A stretch of 57,452 bases of DNA, filler included, from Bipalium vagum (lineage: Eukaryota), in assembly GCA_037834085.1 (NCBI GenBank). It is 3 parts of 3 records of this genome, joined end to end, with 100 filler letters (N's around TTAATTAATTAA, not from the genome) between each part and the next. Parts side by side here need not be neighbours in the genome. Positions count along the whole stretch, not along the records: positions 39,797 to 57,452 come from JBBMKC010056925.1; 2 more parts are not named here. One strand, 5' to 3'. Below, in pieces: positions 51,879-57,452 of this stretch; the stretch's first letter is position 1; every line of letters begins with the position of its first letter. The position numbers and the translations under genes were made by a program. The notes beneath the pieces are model-generated. The model was not told where the DNA came from. It ran no database searches and saw nothing but the letters and a program-made list of their open reading frames with translations.

Positions 51879-54800
51879 CTAAAAATCACTCTCAAAGAAT
51901 GCTTTTATTTGTTGATGTGAAAAAAATTTCAATTTGAGATTCATCAGAAAGCTAAAGTGGTAACTTGATTAACCATCTTTTTTGGCAAGGGCGCTAGGTA
52001 CAATTTTTTACTCTAATAAGGAGCGCTGTCTCAAATAGTTAATATAAGGTTGTCCCACATGAAATGACTGCTTTTACGATATAACTAAAATAAATCAAAA
52101 AGACCTTTGAAATAAATTTTTTTCATCAAAATAGTTACGATTGTTCTCAATACACTTCGGCCATCGATATATTTAATCATAGTCTTTTTAAATAGAAATC
52201 AGTATATCAAAAAACTGAAGAATTACATTTTGAACTTAACCTTGGTTCGGAAACCTCTTATTGATCATATATATGCTGAGAGGACTGATGAAAAAGATGG
52301 ATAAGGTAAAACTTCGTATTTTAAATCATCTAGTTTTTGTGCTCTTAGTCTGGAAACATGAATTATCGTCGACCAAAATTAGCTTCCTTCTATTAACAAG
52401 TGGTGGATAATTTTCTAGAAACTTCTAGTGAATTACTTTCGTTTCATTGCAGTTTAACTAAGCTGTGATAGATTTACTAGTTGTTAACAATTTATAACGA
52501 ATTAATCCACCTTCAGTAAACAAAACAGTGGCCATAGTCTTCTTTGGTTGTAGGCTTTGTTTTGGTTTTTCATCCTGATCCAATCATTGTGCTGATCTTC
52601 GCCGATTGTCGTATAAGACCTGTACTTCTCATCACAGATTACAATTCGAGTCAAAAATAAATCACTTCGATGTCAAATTTATATAATTAAAGAAGAACAA
52701 TTTTCGAATGTCATCCTTCTTGATTATTATTTAATCGGTGTGGTATTCATTTATCTAGATTTTTATAATTTACCAAATTCTTGAAGATGTCGAGATATGG
52801 TTGACTTGATGACATTCAATTCCTCAGCTAGTTCTCAAATCGATTTTCTCGTATTGCTTTCAACTACTGCTTTCAAATGATCATCAAATGGTCCTCCACG
52901 GTTATCATTTTCAATGCCGAAGTTACCATTTTTAAATTTCTAAAAATATCTTTATGTTATGTTGATCTTTTGCTAACAGAACCACCATCACATGTGAAAT
53001 TAATATTTCTAAATGCTTCTGATGCATTATGATTCAGCTTGAATTCATAAAGAATGCAAATTCGAAAGTTGTTGAACAATATCCTAGAAAATGCAAAAAG
53101 TTATGTGAACTTTTAAATTGAACTTCTTACTTTTAGAATTATGTGAAATGTGAAACTGGCGCACCAGATTGGTATATTAAGACAATTATCATAAAATTTG
53201 ACTGAATATGAAATCTTTTAAATAATAAAACTAAAACCTGTCATTTCATGTGGGACAACTTGATATATACAGAGATGTGCATAAAAAATATTGATAATGA
53301 ACCGATGTTTGTAAATAAGTTTAATTAAATATTTAATGTCAACAACATGAATTTTTTGTACAATTATAACATTATTCTTTACTTTACGAACATTTTGGAA
53401 AAAAGAGAAACAATCAACTTTAGAACACTTCTTTACCAAGGGAATATATGCCAAGAAACCAAGGGTTAACAGACCTAGACAATCACCAGCTATCTATTGA
53501 GAAAAAATTGACAAATAAATTGGTACTTAAAATTTATTTTTTGGCTGGAAGGACTGAAAAACATGATAAAGTTTTTATTGGGTTGTTTCGAAATTCGCTT
53601 TTTTATACCTATTTTTAAATGTTAATTTAAAGCACTTAAGTCATTTTAAAGGTTTGGAAATTCAAATTGCCTGGTAGATGGCAGCAGGTCTTGGAACAAA
53701 AAAGACAATACCTCATTGGTTAAAATATTTATTACTATTAAATCTTTTGGTCTTACTTTGTACTAAAAAATGCGAAGTGACTTTCCGAACAAGCCAATAA
53801 TATTTTGTGTATTAATTTAAAAATAGAAATCTTAATATAACTCAATTCTTTTATTTCTGTGTTAGAACAAATTGCATTTTTTTCTAATTTTTGTCTATGG
53901 AAAAATAGGTTGTAATTATTACATCATAAATATGTATGTTGATTTTATTGATAGATCGTTAAAGAAAACTATCAATTATTGTTGTGAACCCATTAATAAA
54001 GTTAGAGAATTACGAAGAAAATTTCAAAATGATAAATTTGTTAGTCAAAAATATTGCAGCCATTCAAAATTCAACTTATTAAATAGTTTCAGCTTTGTTG
54101 ATAAGAAAATTTGATCAACATATCTTTTAAATATCACATGTTAATTCTCTTGATAATCGTTAAGTTTTCTAAGTTTCTTTAATAAGTCAATAATTGTTGT
54201 CTCGTTGAATTTTCCCCGATAGTTCAAAACAGACTACACAACTAAAAAACGTTTGCTGCTTAGCTGAATTAAAAGGTACGATATATACTGTAAATCTGAA
54301 GCAAGCTCTAAATAGATAAACCTTATCCAGTGAAACAAATACTTTGCTAATCTTTATTTTTAAAGAGCCAATAGTCGAATGAGGCTCTATATTAACATTT
54401 CTTTCGGAAATCCTCCACCTATAATCTAAAGGATTAATATCGAGAGAGCTAGGAGGCCATATATCCTTTGGCCAGAACTCAGGAATATTATACCGGAAAA
54501 GATCTTGAACCTTCTTGGCCTTATGTACAGGTGCACTGTCTTACTGGTATTTAAAATGACGTCCATTGACAACTTTCTTCATTCATGACACAACGACGAT
54601 CCTCAAAAGTTCCAAGTCATCGTAATCTTTAGGCTTTGAGAGAAGAAATATAGGTCCATGACATCCTCTTCATCGCTGACAACACCCAAGACCATGACTG
54701 CAGCCGGAAATTTTGTTTTCATCACTATTGGAACATTGGTAATACTTTGACAGAGCTACCTGCTGTTTTTTTCTGTTTACTTTCTGATCCTGTTGAAATT

Positions 54801-56034
54801 TTTTTTCATCAGAGAAAAAAACGAGTGACTTTTTTTCTCTTTCTAAACATCTTTCTTTTGCTTTTTGTATCAAGAACTGGCCTCATTTCTGGATCTTCAT
54901 TGATGAGATCCTGAGTATTCTGAACCATAGTAGTACTTGTCCGATCTTTCCGAAGTTTTTTTTATTTTTGGTGTGACAGCATCAGAATTTGCATCAATCT
55001 TCTTGACACTGTACACTGTACATAAAGGGATATTATTGAGCTCTGAAATTTATTTACAATTTCGCCCAGTGTGCAAACCTCTTGATCTTACTTCAAATTC
55101 TTTGGACATGGGTGGTTGATTTGGAAATTATGTGTGAAAAAAAAATTAAATGCTGCGGATTTATGATTATTTAACCAACGTATGAATTTTTAATTAAAAA
55201 CACGTGATATATTAAAATTCAAAATTCTTGCCAATTTATGCGGTCATTTCAGAAGACTTGTTGAAGCACCTATTGACTTTAAGGTCGATTTATTGAATAT
55301 ATACCTTTGATGTTTTTAAACTAATTCACTTTCTAAAAATTATGAATTTTTTTTATAATCTTAAAAAATATTACTTAACGTTAAAACAACACTTTTTCTC
55401 AAAATGGTGACGCCAGGGGGTATCAGCTGTCATATTATGTTTGCTTCGAGTTGTAGATATGCATGTACATGTTAAGGAGCACTTCAAAATTTACAAAGAG
55501 ATGTAAATTGATAATAATTGAAAAATAGTGACTTCTTATGATAATAATCTCTTTTTTATATATTAGAAAGAAACTAGTAAAGTAGTTATTACGAACCTTC
55601 AATAAACATTTTGAACGACTTGACATTATGTAACTGTTCGTGGGGTGGTAACTGCTTGATGGCCATTTCAATAGGTATCGGCTTACCAGTTCGAATTGAT
55701 ACTGCCATTCTGGAGAAATCGAATTTTTCTACATAATACTCAAAGAACCCCAATAACAGATCAGATAATCTTGATGTATTGACAGATCTTAATTTTTCCC
55801 ATGGCAGTTCTAGTCGCATATCAACTTCCTTTACTTGACGATCGTAACTGAAATGTTTGGCAAATTTTGCTTGCAAGCTTGGCAACACTGGAGGCTGACA
55901 ACCAGATTGAAGATATTGAATAATCATTAAGATTAAAGTATATGTTGATAATCGACCTCTACTAGCATCATGTAAATCAAGTTTCTGGGCCCAGTGCTTG
56001 ATATACATACCAAGAGGCCTGACTCTCCAGTCAA
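51460..56034 (-). CDS. TENT2: GLD-2/TENT2-type non-canonical poly(A) polymerase, last two exons 56034-55597 and 51878-51460
   Basis: VDWRVRPLGMYIKHWAQKLDLHDASRGRLSTYTLILMIIQYLQSGCQPPVLPSLQ..NTSRLSDLLLGFFEYY..FDFSRMAVSIRTG..MFIE|EPFSMTNVARSL is the TENT2/TUT central and PAP_assoc domain. DASRGxLS and EEPF..TNxAR favour GLD-2. The catalytic NTase exons lie beyond the window end. Confidence 0.85.
52045..53263 (-). mobile_element. Full-length degenerate mariner in GLD-2 intron
   Basis: TIRs TA-TAAGGTTGTCCCACATGAAATGAC and TA-TCAAGTTGTCCCACATGAAATGAC, 1219 bp apart. Minus-strand FRICILYEFKL, RIVICDEK and DNSCF..TK fragments. Confidence 0.9.
54380..55110 (-). mobile_element. maT/DD37D transposase remnant in GLD-2 intron
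   Basis: VFFSDEKKF, YQ*DSAPVHKAKKVQD and WPPSSLDINPLDY. Confidence 0.82.
55597..56034 (-). CDS. TENT2: GLD-2/TENT2 penultimate exon
   Basis: caattatcag| acceptor, G|gttcgt donor. Motifs as in the gene-level call. Confidence 0.88.
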
Positions 56035-56167
56035 CTGATAATTGATTATTAGTTGATAATTTGGACATAACAAATTTAAATCAATAGCACAACAACAAAA
56101 ATTAAAATATTTAATATTTAATATAAAAAAATTGAAAAAATAATGTAGAAGTCTTATCATAATAATA

Positions 56168-57300
56168 TACTGATGAGCAAATTTTTTGACACCACTTGAA
56201 ATGCTAATTTTTAAGAATGTACGTAATTTTTTAAAAATATTTTTACGTAAATAATGTTAAATATTGATTTCACAGTTTTAAATTAAATTTATGATTTTTA
56301 CATTTTTATTTTAGATGAGCATAATTATTGACAACATCTATAAAAATAACACGTAACTATTTATTGATCTCATTACCATTATAAACAATTACTTCGACTA
56401 AACGGCTTCTAAAAGTCTCATAAATATTCATAATAAGTCCTCGTTTGGTGTTATTGATTAATAAAAGCGCTTTCTGAATTTCTTCCTTTAAATCCCAAAG
56501 AGAGTCAAGTGGAGACCTATTATATATGACATCTTCCAAAATTTTCCAGATTTTCTGGAGATCGAGCAAGCTATGATAATACTTGAAAATGCGCAGCAGT
56601 CATCCATTCTTTAACTATTCTTTCCGTGTGGATTCTGAAATTATTCCGTTGGAACCAGAAGTTCTTCCCATAATTTAATTCAAATATTGGTACAATAGTT
56701 TTACATAGTAATTTATATATGCAGGACTTTTGAAATCTCTTTCTAATATTTTATTTGGCAAAACCATACCCCATACCATAATTCCTTCATCTTTTTTCTG
56801 ATGTTTCGGACGATAAATATTTTTGTTTTTCTTTGAATATGTTCTCCAGTCTCTCTGGTCCATCAATCGAAAACCACTTCTCGTCAAAAAATGGTTTGTT
56901 CTCATAGATGATTTTCTGCTAACCACTTCTCCGATAAATCACAACGTTCAGCCTTGTCCAATGGGTTTAGAGGTAAACTTCTTTAAACTTTTTTGTACCT
57001 CATGCTTTGATGTTTCAGGTGACGTGCACTGGTAAGCCGTGAAACTGAAATATTGTAGGAATCAGTCAATTTTCTACAACTTCCCTTTACACCACTTTCC
57101 TCCAAATAGCTTATTTACCTCTTCAACCTTAATTTATAGGCCGTATTTATTTTATCCTTCGGTCTTCTTTTCATGGACTTTAGAACCAATCTTTTTCGGC
57201 AAAGACTAATTACACAATTTCTAGATATTTTGGTTTTTGCAGAAATTCTCGTGATACTCCATCTTTATTAAGTAGAAATAAAATTTAATTTTTTTATCTT
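56168..57300 (-). mobile_element. Tc1-like element in GLD-2 intron, degenerate
   Basis: GIMVWGMV, WFQRNN and IWKILEDVIY..LKEEI..RSRLVEVIVYNGNEI* fragments. Terminus TA-TACTGATGAGCAAA at 56168. Confidence 0.78.
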
Positions 57301-57319
57301 CATTCATTATAACTACATA

Positions 57320-57452
57320 CAGGGTGCGTGCGATATTTTCGGAAATAAAATGAAAGAAGAAAAAACAAGTATAGGTTTTTTATTTTTTATTATATAAATG
57401 TAAATCTTTCATTGATTAGATAGTTCAAAGCATATTTAAAGGTTCATTCAAT
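57320..57452. mobile_element. Start of a maT/rosa-type TIR, probably nested in the Tc1 element
   Basis: TA-CAGGGTGCG terminus, the same first 9 nt as the element at 27758. Confidence 0.5.

Noticed and set aside
39420-55425. CTCF-like motifs (CAGCAGATGGTGCT at about 39421, GGTAGATGGCAGCA at about 53673, CGCCAGGGGGTATC at about 55411)
   Set aside because: Isolated short matches, common in transposon ends, and no evidence of function from sequence alone.
1-57452. Alternative nuclear genetic code, CRISPR arrays, tRNA/rRNA/snRNA/SL-RNA genes
   Set aside because: The intact genes translate with the standard code and end in TAA or TGA. I recognised no spacer-repeat array or RNA-gene signature by eye, though a covariance-model scan would be needed to exclude divergent RNAs.

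Overview
Very AT-rich eukaryotic (animal) genomic DNA with tiny GT-AG introns (43-92 nt) next to kilobase introns full of transposon debris. This profile suggests a flatworm such as a planarian, but that is inference only. Two artificial 100-nt spacers (44 N + TTAATTAATTAA + 44 N, at 20317-20416 and 39697-39796) split the window into three pieces whose gene content does not join up. Piece 1 holds a complete RPS24 gene (+) and the 3' half of a Domino/SRCAP (SWR1-family) remodeler gene (-). I could splice ten Domino exons with consistent phase and found two frame-preserving microexon candidates. Piece 2 holds two internal exons of a TRPC-type channel (+). Piece 3 holds a complete TFIIIC tau95 gene (GTF3C5, -) and the last two exons of a GLD-2/TENT2-type poly(A) polymerase (-). 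The rest is decayed Tc1, mariner, maT, rosa and pogo/Tc2 elements, MITEs, LTR-retrotransposon pieces and AT satellites. I cannot support a wholly new multi-gene system. The best leads are the Domino microexons, a 56-bp hairpin and a second structured segment upstream of RPS24, and an LTR family represented by two related leaders, one possibly a short non-autonomous element with an antisense ORF.
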